Shown: positions 26,468 through 36,361 of the stretch, in pieces | Layout of the letters: each line of letters starts with the position of its first letter | Position numbering within the stretch: position 1 is the stretch's first letter | Assembly: GCA_964016885.1 (NCBI GenBank) | Contig: OZ024741.1 | Location: 77,872,001 to 77,936,000 of the forward strand | Source of the DNA: Eledone cirrhosa | Taxonomy: Eukaryota | Length of the DNA: 64,000 nucleotides | Direction of reading: 5' to 3' | The notes under the pieces: model-generated | The model's input: the letters and a program-made list of their open reading frames with translations, nothing else | What the model was told of the DNA's origin: nothing | Database searches by the model: none | Program-made: the position numbers and the translations under genes

Positions 26468-27073
26468 TCCGCTTGGATTTTCCGTTTATTCTGGAGCATG
26501 AAACCGCGGTAAAGGCACACATAGTAAGTACAGCGAATTTTTTAAAATTTATTTTAAAACTTTTTCTCTATTTGCTAGACCTCGATTTTATATGTTCTGG
26601 CTTGTTAATTTATTAACCCGCGATAGAACCACATTGGCATACGGTTGGATAATACCTGTTTCCCTATATTTATTTTTTACACGTACGAATTCATACTTTA
26701 TTATTATTGATCTCCCCCTAAGGTAGAGATAAAATGTTGGCCGTTTGGACTGCTGCTATTTCTAGTGGCAGGACATTGACCTGTCCACCCTGCCTTTTGT
26801 CTTTGCACACGGCACCAGACGGAATTATTTCTTTCATCATCCGCTCTCATTTGGGAATGGTTTTGTATGGCGTCAGTTTGTGATTTGAACTCGGGAATTT
26901 TATATTCTCCGAGGGAGAAGAGCCTTCTGAAGATTGCTCTCTTCTCAATGTAAATTCGCTTGGATATTCCGTTTATTCTGGAGCATGAAACCGCGGTAAA
27001 GGCACATATAGTAAGTACAGCGAATTTTTTTAAATTTATTTTAAAACTTTTTCTTTATTTGCTAGACCCCGAT

Positions 27074-27075
<2 letters not shown>
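26468..27075 (+). mobile_element. Partial tandem repeat (488-nt period) carrying a hammerhead; non-autonomous PLE or retrozyme-like
   Basis: 26468-26588 is repeated at 26956-27075 and the unit is flanked by (TA)n. Confidence 0.75.
26922..27003 (+). ncRNA. Type I hammerhead ribozyme
   Basis: GCCTT-CTGAAGA-(TGCTC...GAGCA)-GAAA-CCGCGG-TA-AAGGC. Confidence 0.8.
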
Positions 27076-27131
<56 letters not shown>

Positions 27132-27172
27132 CGAAACATAAGTCAATTGCATGAACTCACAATCCTTTATTT

Positions 27173-27228
27173 ACTGCTATATATATTTCGATGACAGCCA
27201 TTGAATGGCTATGACCTCATCAGGCAGT
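27173..27228 (-). ncRNA. Minimal type I hammerhead ribozyme
   Basis: ACTGC-CTGATGA-(ATAGCCAT/ATGGCTGT stem)-GAAA-TATATA-TA-GCAGT. Confidence 0.85.
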
Positions 27229-27291
27229 TAGTCAGTTCTTAGATATGCCAGCTCTGTGTTTATAGTGTTGATGGTATCAGAGCCTTGGGAC

Positions 27292-27322
<31 letters not shown>

Positions 27323-27795
27323 CATTTGCTTTACACCCAAGATATACATTTCTACATGAACTCTAATATAAAAATTCTTATTATTTGAATTCTGCATTAC
27401 ACAACATTTATTCATCTTATCATTACGCATTTCTTTACCATAATGCATGCCACTTTTAACACTTTTAACATTCTGTATGGAATATGCTTGATATATTAAT
27501 TTTCTAACTCTTACCTCATGCATGCCTTTATTAATTTTTTTGCATTATATACCCTTAATATTACATTTTTCAATACTATGATATCTTTTATCTATCTTCT
27601 GTGACACCTTTTTGCTTGGTATCTTTTGCACCTGTATTACCCTAATGAATATCTTTATATATAATAAGCTCAATATTTTCACTCTTCGCCATTGCTCCTA
27701 ATACTTTGATATCTGTATAACATAATATCTTTTTGTCACTCCTGATTTTCAATATGATGTCACTGACACTGTCAATAGTAATGTATCTTTATGAA

Positions 27796-27887
27796 TGTTC
27801 TGAAGACTAGGATTAGAATTACTTGTTTAAACATTGTGTATGGTCCGATGATTCCAGACAGTTGTCCGGAAGAAACAATTGTCAGCA
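27796..27887 (+). ncRNA. Hammerhead-like motif with two candidate cores
   Basis: TGTT-CTGAAGA (27800) or TGGT-CCGATGA (27845), then TTCCAGAC/GTCCGGAA-GAAA-CAATTG-TC-AGCA. Confidence 0.55.
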
Positions 27888-28018
27888 ATTAAATGTATTA
27901 AACAAAAATTTGATTGTTTTATATTTTGTATCTCGGCTCTATAATACATCTGATAATTTACATTGAGCCTTTTCTCTCACTGGTAATTGGCTAGTACTTA
28001 GTACTACCTTTCATATTT

Positions 28019-28378
28019 CTAAGGCGGATAAAATTCCCGAGATCCATGGACGAGTTCTCTCCAGCGGTCTCTGTCCCTCATTATCGCTGCCATGTCCTGC
28101 GTCTCCAACAGACCAGTGTCTGTCCTTAGGGCATCAACATACGTTAACCTTGGTCTTCCTCTTCTAGTGTGTCCATGTAGGGGCTCCCAAAGGAGCACTG
28201 AGTGCAATGTCAACTCTGGATGTCGGTTAGCATGTCCAGCTAACCTCAGTCTCCTCTGTGTCACTTTTGAGCTGACTTTTGGGATGCTCCCATACAGCTC
28301 TGAGTTTTTCATCCTCAGTGTATACTGATTAATGTTCAGAGCTATCCTCAGCATTCTCGTGTAGCACCCATCCACCAT
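28019..28378 (-). mobile_element. 3' fragment of an RTE/RTEX-type LINE
   Basis: DGCYTRMLR.ALNI, RRLRLAGH..RH.E and LLWEP.HG...RGRP motifs. Confidence 0.8.
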
Positions 28379-28416
28379 ATCATATTTATAATTACATATA
28401 ACTCATATAGAAGTAT

Positions 28417-28598
28417 GGCAGTATCGGTAGAGAGTCGGACGCCATGCTTTGACGCGTAGAGTTACGGCCCTTGCCATTCTGAGTTCAAATCCCGCCGAGG
28501 TTTACTTTGCCTTTCATCCTTACGGGGTCGATAAAATAAAGTACCAGTAATACACTGGGTTATTGCTGGCCTTGTGCCAAAAGTAGAAACAATTATTA
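28417..28598 (+). mobile_element. tRNA-derived CORE-type SINE (octopus OR-like)
   Basis: B-box GAGTTCAAATCCC, core CTTTGCCTTTCATCCTTACGGGGTCGATAAAATAAAGTACCAG and (ATT)n tail. Confidence 0.8.
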
Positions 28599-28625
28599 TT
28601 ACTATCTATATATATATATATATAT

Positions 28626-29010
28626 CATCATCATCATCATTTTACGTCCGCTTTTCCCTGCTTGCAAGGGTGTGACGGGAACTGATTCTGGCTTGATTTC
28701 TACAGCTGGATGCCCTTCCTAACACCAACCTCATTTACAGTGCGTGCTAGGTGCTTTTTTTTCGTGGCGCCTACACGTCCACTTTACAGTGTGGGCTGAG
28801 TGCTTTTTCGCTGTGGCACCTCCACGACCACTTTGCAGTGGAATGATAGGGACCCTAGTCCTATCATATCATTTCTACAGCTGAGTAAACTGGAGCAATC
28901 TGAAATAAAGTGTCTTTCTCAAGGAAACAACACATCACCCGGTCTGAGAATTGAACTCACAACCTTTCGATTGCAAGGCCAATGCTCTAACCACTAAGCC
29001 ATGTGCCTCC
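28626..29010 (-). mobile_element. OK-type SINE
   Basis: Reverse complement of the 12416-12750 family. Confidence 0.85.
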
Positions 29011-29092
29011 ATATACATAGATACATGCATACATACATACATACATACATACATACATACATACATACATACATACATACATACATACATAC

Positions 29093-29245
29093 ATGGTGGC
29101 TGCCAACTCGTTTTCGAGTACGGCCACTACTTTATATCCATGTAGGAGAACCCCTACCGATGCGATGAACGAATGTGACTTTTTAGTCCAGCCAGCAACT
29201 TGAAAACTCTGGTACAAACACTATACTTGTGACAATTATTGACAC
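29093..29245 (-). repeat. Interspersed retroposon 3' end with (ATGT)n tail; second copy at 56588-56742
   Basis: About 150-bp near-identical copies, both adjoining (CATA)n. Confidence 0.7.
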
Positions 29246-29445
29246 ACATATATGATTTTGGATGGCCATTGACTCTTAAGAGCTCCTTTGCCCTTTGAAA
29301 GGTTTTGTTTTTAGTCCTGCAGGATGTCCAAAGTCACCCTCCTCACCAAGAAACCTTGGTGGGTTGCCAGTTTAGTCGCCAACGACCCGACCATGGGACA
29401 GGTTGTACTGGGATACATGTTACCAGTAGCACAATATACATACGT

Positions 29446-29495
<50 letters not shown>

Positions 29496-30007
29496 AACCC
29501 TTCTGTTGAGAACTCTATTCGATTTATGATGTTTTTGCATTCTTGCAATAACATACACAACTGAATTCATACGCCTGATATAGGGGTTGCCTCCCTTGCC
29601 GATCCCCACGTGGGGTCAGCAATAGTCAGTCCTTGTATTAACATTGAACTAAAACCTGTTGAGAAAGTGGCTTCCTTGTTCAGTCATCTTACCAGAAGCC
29701 TAACATTATTTATGTAAGCGGACAGTAATTGATTTAGGAGCCGCAGAAACCCAAATGGTGGATTTTACCAACCTTCCAGGGGTCCGGGTAAATTTTCAAT
29801 CACAGATATTTTTTATTTGTTTGACCCGAATTACTTGATCGTTTTTTTTGGCTATGAGAATGATTATTTAACCATCGTCTCAGTGTGTTTGGCCTTTAAC
29901 GTTTGTTATAGCTCTGGTTCATCTGAATCATTGAGCACTTGCCACACATCTCGGAGGTTGTTTTTCGTTATTTCGTGGGCCGAAATGCGATTCTCGATAA
30001 TTTACAT

Positions 30008-30069
<62 letters not shown>

Positions 30070-30070
<1 letters not shown>

Positions 30071-30688
30071 TATGTATGTATGTATACATACATACATATA
30101 TGTATACAGACGTACAGTAGTATGTATATTATTTATTCATTTATTATAATGCTCGGTTTGTTTGTTTGTAAACAAACAAACAGCCCGAATTACGCCGTAC
30201 AGTGTTTAGGAATGAAATTTCGTTTCATTCTATTTCATTTATCGTTTTCGGTGTGAACTCACGGCCGACTGAACTCACTCGATATGCAAATTAGGCTGCT
30301 CAGCCCTTAATATTCATAAGGAAAGTATATACTTTCAGGCGTTCAACCATCTGGCAGGAAGGTATACGATGCTGACGATAGCTAATAAGCTTGAAACTAG
30401 TACATCGTTCCTGTGTCAGTGTTGAACAAAAAGGTGACGTGGTTTCCTAAACACTGTACGGCGTAATTCGGGCTGTCTGTTTGCTTACAAACAAACAAAA
30501 CGAGCATTATAATAAATGTTCGGTAAACCGATACGTGCATATATATATGTGTGCATGTATGTATATATATACATACTACTGTACGTCTGTATACATATAT
30601 GTATGTACGTATACATACATACATACTTGCATTTAAGTAAGTGCCGTACTAAGAGTGAGAAATGAAATTTCGTTTCATTCTATTCCAT

Positions 30689-30690
<2 letters not shown>
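30070..30690. repeat. Foldback Penelope-type repeat with an internal hammerhead
   Basis: Arms about 30070-30212 and 30443-30626 are inverted; family shared with 9620-9995. Confidence 0.8.
30367..30407 (+). ncRNA. Minimal type I hammerhead ribozyme
   Basis: CGATG-CTGACGA-TAGCT(AATA)AGCTT-GAAA-CTAG-TA-CATCG. Confidence 0.85.
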
Positions 30691-30753
<63 letters not shown>

Positions 30754-30757
<4 letters not shown>

Positions 30758-31265
30758 GCAAGAGTTGCCATGGATTTTGTCTAAAACGAAAAATAGAAGT
30801 AATCTTTTTCTCAGCAGCAAACAAACAAGAAAAGAAGTGATATACAAACAAGACAAGTCGCATTTACAAGCTCTCGTCACGAAAAACCAGTCTGCCACTT
30901 ATTCTCACCTTCCTGGCTGATCGCTGACTCCTACTGCAAATATACTGATACGCACACACGCATTCACAGTGAGTTCAGTATTTTTATACGCACCATTCTG
31001 TTTACCTTTCTGATACAGTACAAATTATATTATAATCGTATTCTGTGATACTTGAATTTACGTGACTCGAAGATCCACCAAATTATTGTATGAATATTTT
31101 GTGTTATTGATTTTATCATTCAATATTCAAATTGAATATTGTTATAATAAAATAAACTTTGTAACAACACAATCCTGGTATTTTTCTTTACATCGAAACC
31201 ACCATACCAACAGTTACATCCATCCATCCACTTATCGTTACAACCACACATAATATTTCGTTACA
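30754..31265 (+). mobile_element. Probable solo LTR inserted in (TA)n
   Basis: TGTAGC...GTTACA termini, internal AATAAA, and TA repeats on both sides. Confidence 0.45.
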
Positions 31266-31329
31266 TATATATTTCGTTTCTGAATTTGTTTAGCAAGATT
31301 CTTTATCTGAAAACGTGTGTTGAAACCGA

Positions 31330-31732
31330 TATTGTTATACTCTGGGAGGGTCATGTTGCCAATAAGAAACACACGCACCAGTGGCTTTCACTTCAATTTA
31401 TTATAATAAATTTATAAATTTAGGAATTTATAAATTTCCGGTTGGTTGGTTGGTTCCACAACCAGATGGTTGTTTATATATTGTCAAAGTTCTTTCGTCA
31501 CACATTCTGTGACCTCTTCAGTGACTGGGATTCTTTTCTTTGTTTTTTGTGCCTCTCCTTGTTCTGTCCTACGCCATCTTGTTTCTGTGTGTGTGTTGTG
31601 TGCTCAGTCAACCAACCAACCGGAAATTTATAAATTCCTAAATTTATAAATTTATTATAATAAATTGAAGTGGAAGCCACTGGTACGTGTGTTTCTTATT
31701 GGCAACATGACCCTCCCAAAGTATAACAATAT
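31330..31732. repeat. Inverted repeat with about 120-bp arms
   Basis: 31330-31452 is the reverse complement of 31608-31732. Confidence 0.85.
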
Positions 31733-31881
31733 ATATATATATATACAATATATTAATTGTTTCTACGTTTGGCACAAGGCCAGCAATTACCCGTTGTATT
31801 ACTGGTACTTTATTTTATCGACCCCGTAAGGATGAAAGGCAATATATTAATAAATGGAAACTATATTTATAAAACCATAAT

Positions 31882-31947
31882 TATTTTATTATATATATTT
31901 CAAGGGCAACCAAGGCAGATTATGGTGCGCTTTCATCAGATAAAATA
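31882..31947 (-). ncRNA. Type I hammerhead ribozyme (the mirror copy at 37946-38011, + strand, has CTGATGG)
   Basis: TATTTTAT-CTGATGA-AAG...CTT-GAAA-TATATA-TA-ATAAAATA. Confidence 0.8.
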
Positions 31948-32727
31948 CAAATTTGTTTTATAAATAAATATTGACATACCCGCATAAAGACAACCTTAAC
32001 TGTTGAGGTTCGCTGGATAGTGGAAATAATATTTTATTGAGGGTGATTCAAAGTTATGAGTGAGTATGCAAATGAGTGTCAGAAAAATTTAAAAAACAAC
32101 GGTTTATTTAAATTGTTGGAAGAAAGTAGTGAAAAGTAGTGAAAAGTAGTGAAAAGGAGATATAAAAGGGAGAGAGAAAAAATATTGAAAGGGAGAGAGA
32201 AAGAATAGTGAAAGGGAGAGAGAAGAAAAGAGAAAGAGAGAAGAAGAAAGAGAAATGGGTGATAAAAAAGGGGGAAAGAAAGAGAAGATTATGCATAGTG
32301 ATAGTGAAGAGAAGCGAGCGAAGAAATGAGTTTTTCATGGATGAATACTCAAATCGTAAATATAACGTTCATTATGCTATGTTTATAATGATAAGTTAAA
32401 AATTAAATTAAGTGTGGTTAGAAAAAGCTATCTCACTTACCGCTTTTCACAGGCGCCGCTAAATTCCACTGCAGGTACTCCTCTTCTACGTGCGTCCAAC
32501 TGCTTGATACCGGGAGCTGCCCAAAACTCGCGTCCACACTGTGTGCTGGTCACCACTAGAGAGAGGCCTTCTGCTGGCCCTTCCGGTCGAGCATCCTTCC
32601 GGCCAAAAAGCCCTTCCGGTCGAGCATTCCCCCGCCTCCGGCCACCGCACGCCACACACCCTTCCGGTCGAACATTCCCCCGCCTCCGGCCACCGCACGC
32701 CACACCATACCCACACGCCCCCTGATC

Positions 32728-35589
32728 TCAAGGATCAATTTCCCCCTCGTCCCTCTGCATATGAAAGTCTGCTGTCCAGGTCGGTGGTCTACGACTTCGT
32801 TGCGATCTTCGTAGTATTGGGGCAGAGCTCTGGGTTTCCACCTCATCTTGGGTTTCCTCTTCCTCGGAGTCCGTCGACACAGTGATTCTTCTTACATCCA
32901 GGACATGACGTGGTACCCCGTCCACGGACACATTGTTCTTTGAATTTACGGCCGTCACCGTTCCCATTCCCCATTGAGATGTGCAACGTGCATCTGGGGG
33001 CTTAACCCAGACTTCTTCGCCCACCTGCACGAATGCACTCTCTCTCCCCACTGGCCGTTGTGGTGGCGTGCACAGGTGCCGCCACTCGTATTTGAATACT
33101 ACTCTATGTGGCACCGATTCCTCGACCTGTCCAACCCGAGGGGACATATTGTACCAGAACACTGCCTCCATTGGTGAGATATGGCCTCGCTCCGCCATTG
33201 TTTTGATCGTCCGGTGGTGTCGCTCCACGATTCCATTCCCGCTCGGCCTGTGCGTCGCTCTGAAGAAACGGTCCACCTTCCATCCATCGAGCATCTCCCT
33301 CAGTGCCTCCGAGCGGAACGCTGCGCTGTTGTCCATCAGCAGTTCGTCCACAGGGCCCCGCTCCAAGAACACCTCTCTCAACGTCCGCACCATTTCCTCG
33401 GCCGTTCCAGTCTTCATCTCCCTCCATATCGCCATTCGACCTGGTCCACAGTCGACCATCGAGAGGTACGTTCCCTGCCGGTAGTGCGTCACATCCACCG
33501 CTAATCGCTTCCAGTCGTGATCCACCGGGAGGCTTCCCGTTTCGTGTACACCCGGGGCGGGATCAATGGACTGACATCGGAAGCAGCCTCTAACCACCCC
33601 CCGAAGAATGTGTCTGCTAACGTCCGAGTCGATTCTCCTGGCTAGGAACAGGCTCCTATCCACCCCCATGTGGTGCATGTCATGCAACCCCTTCAGGTCT
33701 AACTCGGTCAGCCGACACACGGCAGCTATCTCATCCTCTACCTCCTCCGGCGCTCCCATACAGGCTTTCTTCACTCTAGTTAAGATGTACGCCCTATTTT
33801 TCTCTGAGGGCACGAACACTACGCTTAGCTTCAGGTCGAACTCGGTGGCCAGCTCTCCTAACGTTCCCAGGCGGCGCTTTATCAGCATCTCCGCCGCGCC
33901 TCTCGTTCGCACTCTCTCCTCACTGGTGAGCACTGATCTTACCCATCCGAGTACAGTAGCCGAGTCGGTGCGTATCTCGATGGTGCGCAGCCCCCACCGC
34001 AGGGCGAGGTTCACCCCTCTCAACACCGCGTCCAGCTCGGCCACATTGATGTGGCTGCAGTTGTCCTTCTTTCTAAGCCAGGCTGCATCCTCGACCTCAA
34101 CACCTCCTATCTCCAACGTGACACTCAGCGCTATGCTGCTGGCATCGCACCATACGGTCCCGCTCTGTGATTTGGGAACGTACCAGCGTCCCCGCACTGG
34201 GTCGTCGGCCTTCACCCTCCCCACGATCTCCTGCATCATGGCCACCGTCCTCTCTCCCACTCTGTCACTCCAAGTCACCCCTCCCGCTCGTCTCTTGACA
34301 TAGCTGCATGCCGTCCGAAGCCACCCAGCGATCGGGTAGTGAACCACCAGCTTTCCACACACCGAGAAAAGCTCCCGCCTATTCATACTTTAGCCCAGTT
34401 CCGGAACTTCGTTTCCCCTCTGGAACACCAAAACGCCCGTCTTGTCTAGCCGTAGCCTAAGTCCCAGCGCGGCTCCTCCCTCCAATGCTTCTGATGGCTT
34501 CGCAGTCAGTCCATACCTCTGCAAATGGCTCGTGACCTCCGCCGTCGACACCACCGACTCGTCCACTAGGATGTCGTCAATATAGGAGTTAGTAGCCCTC
34601 TTTATCTTGTCGGCCCTCCCCAGAGCGGTCTTGAGGACCGCCGCCATGATCTTCGGTGCGGAGCTCAGCCCGAAACCGAGCCTGGTCAGGCAATATGTCC
34701 GGCCCTTATACCTGACCAGCTGATACCGCCAAAGCTTCTCATCTATATGCAACTGCAAGTAAGCCGACTTTAGATCCACGATCGCTGAACCCCCCGTCAT
34801 GCGTCTCCACTCACACAGGGTTTCCCCACAGACATCCGTGACCTCTCCACCCGTGTGGCATGACACGTGCTCGTTCAGCTCCCGATAGTCCAGCACTGGC
34901 CTCACCTTGCTCTTCGTGGGTTGCACCACCGCCATCAACGGCAATACTCCGCACTTCACCTCCTCCTTCCAGGGAAGCAGTATGCCCTCTTCGATCCATC
35001 TCGCTCCTAGCGTTTCCCTTCAATGTGTGTTGATAGCAGCCCACTTTGGTCTTCAGTGTTGGTGGTTCTCCCTTCCAGTACCACTCAACAACCCATCGCT
35101 GCCCATCAAACACGGCCTTGAAGTCTGTCTTTGTCCTGTACAGTGTAAGCGGGGTATTCCTCCTCGTGGGCCTTCTGGTTCTCATGACGTGCACTCACAG
35201 CGCATACCGATGCAGCGGCGCCAAACGACACACCGACATTGTTCACTGTGACGCCCCCTAGACGGCCAATCGCGTCCATGCCCATAACCACGCCGATCCC
35301 ATCCACCACACTGTCTACCACGATGGCGGAAAGCCTTATCCTCCTTCCCCGTACCGTTATTTCCATCTCACTGCGACCTCGGCATTCAATTTTCCTGCCG
35401 TCGACTGCCCTTACGCTGCTCTTCCCTCCCCACCTCTGCGCCCACCCCCGCGGTCACCAGTGTCGTCGTACAGCCCGTATCCACGAGGGCTCGCTGTGGC
35501 TTCCCCCTCACGAAGACTTCCACCACGGGCAGCGCCGCTACTCGTAAGGGGCAACTACCGGCGCAGTAGTTCCCCTTGGATCGTTTCCC
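32728..35589 (-). pseudogene. pol: Pol (protease, RT, RNase H, integrase), disrupted
   Basis: ALVDTG protease in the -1 frame after G GGA AAC (35589-35583). RT VRPVLDY/LGFGL/YIDDI, RNase H CDAS..HINVAEL..TDS, integrase AVD..MDN..NGIVER. Frameshifts and a TAA at 34390. Confidence 0.92.
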
Positions 35590-36299
35590 TGGTCGCAGTT
35601 AGTAGCGATGTGGCCTGGTCGCTTACACCGGTAGCAAATTATCTCCGGCTTCGACTCTCTACAGTCTCTAGCCATGTGCGGGCCCTGGCACCTAAAACAG
35701 CGCCCCCTAAACGCACGCGGACGGCCGCGTGCCGAGGTTGCCTCCCTTTCACCATTTCGCTGCCAGGTGTCCTGAGCCTCCGTGGTTGCTATCGCCGCAA
35801 CACTCTTTTTGGCATCTTCCGCTATGATCCGGGCTTGTTCCACCAGTGAACGCATTTCCATCTCTTTATAACCCGAGACTTGCTGCAGTTTCACCGCTAT
35901 GTCGTCCGGAAATCCATTGATGAACGCCAACCGCACCGTGCGTTCGCTTTCCGCCTGGTAACCGGCCAACATAGCCAACCGCCTTATTTTCGCTGCGAAA
36001 ATGTCGACGCGCTCACCATTCCACCTGATTCTCGCCAGCTTAGCAAAAACCGCCAACGGTCCCTCGGCGAATGCATCCATCAGACGCCTCTCAATCTTCT
36101 GCACATCTCTTTGGCTGTGCTCGTCCAACTCAAGGAAGAGTACCAGCGCGTTGCCCTCGAGGTACAATGCCATGAGGCCGGCCACGTCCTCTATCTTCTG
36201 CAAGCTTGCGACCAGCCGAACCTTCCGCAGCCAAGCGACAGCATCACCTTCCCCGGTGAATGCCCTGATAGCTTCGTTCATCCGTAGTCTTGTCGCCAT
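35538..36299 (-). CDS. gag: Gag with two zinc knuckles
   Basis: 253-aa ORF containing CFRCQGPHMARDC and CYRCKRPGHIATNC. Confidence 0.9.
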   Translation of the reverse strand: MATRLRMNEAIRAFTGEGDAVAWLRKVRLVASLQKIEDVAGLMALYLEGNALVLFLELDEHSQRDVQKIERRLMDAFAEGPLAVFAKLARIRWNGERVDIFAAKIRRLAMLAGYQAESERTVRLAFINGFPDDIAVKLQQVSGYKEMEMRSLVEQARIIAEDAKKSVAAIATTEAQDTWQRNGEREATSARGRPRAFRGRCFRCQGPHMARDCRESKPEIICYRCKRPGHIATNCDQGNDPRGTTAPVVAPYE

Positions 36300-36349
36300 C
36301 TTCTGATTTGTCTTGCGGCAAGTGTTTTTTTTTGTTGTTTTTTTCAGTC

Positions 36350-36361
36350 GCCGAAATAGCT
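36350..36361 (-). promoter_or_regulatory. Non-canonical primer-binding site AGCTATTTCGGC
   Basis: Directly abuts the 5' LTR, lacks TGG, and is complementary to GCCGAAAUAGCU (recalled 5' end of metazoan tRNA-Phe GAA). Confidence 0.65.

Noticed and set aside
32974-36306. Long plus-strand ORFs overlapping the LTR element
   Set aside because: Antisense shadows of GC-rich gag and pol with no recognisable motifs.
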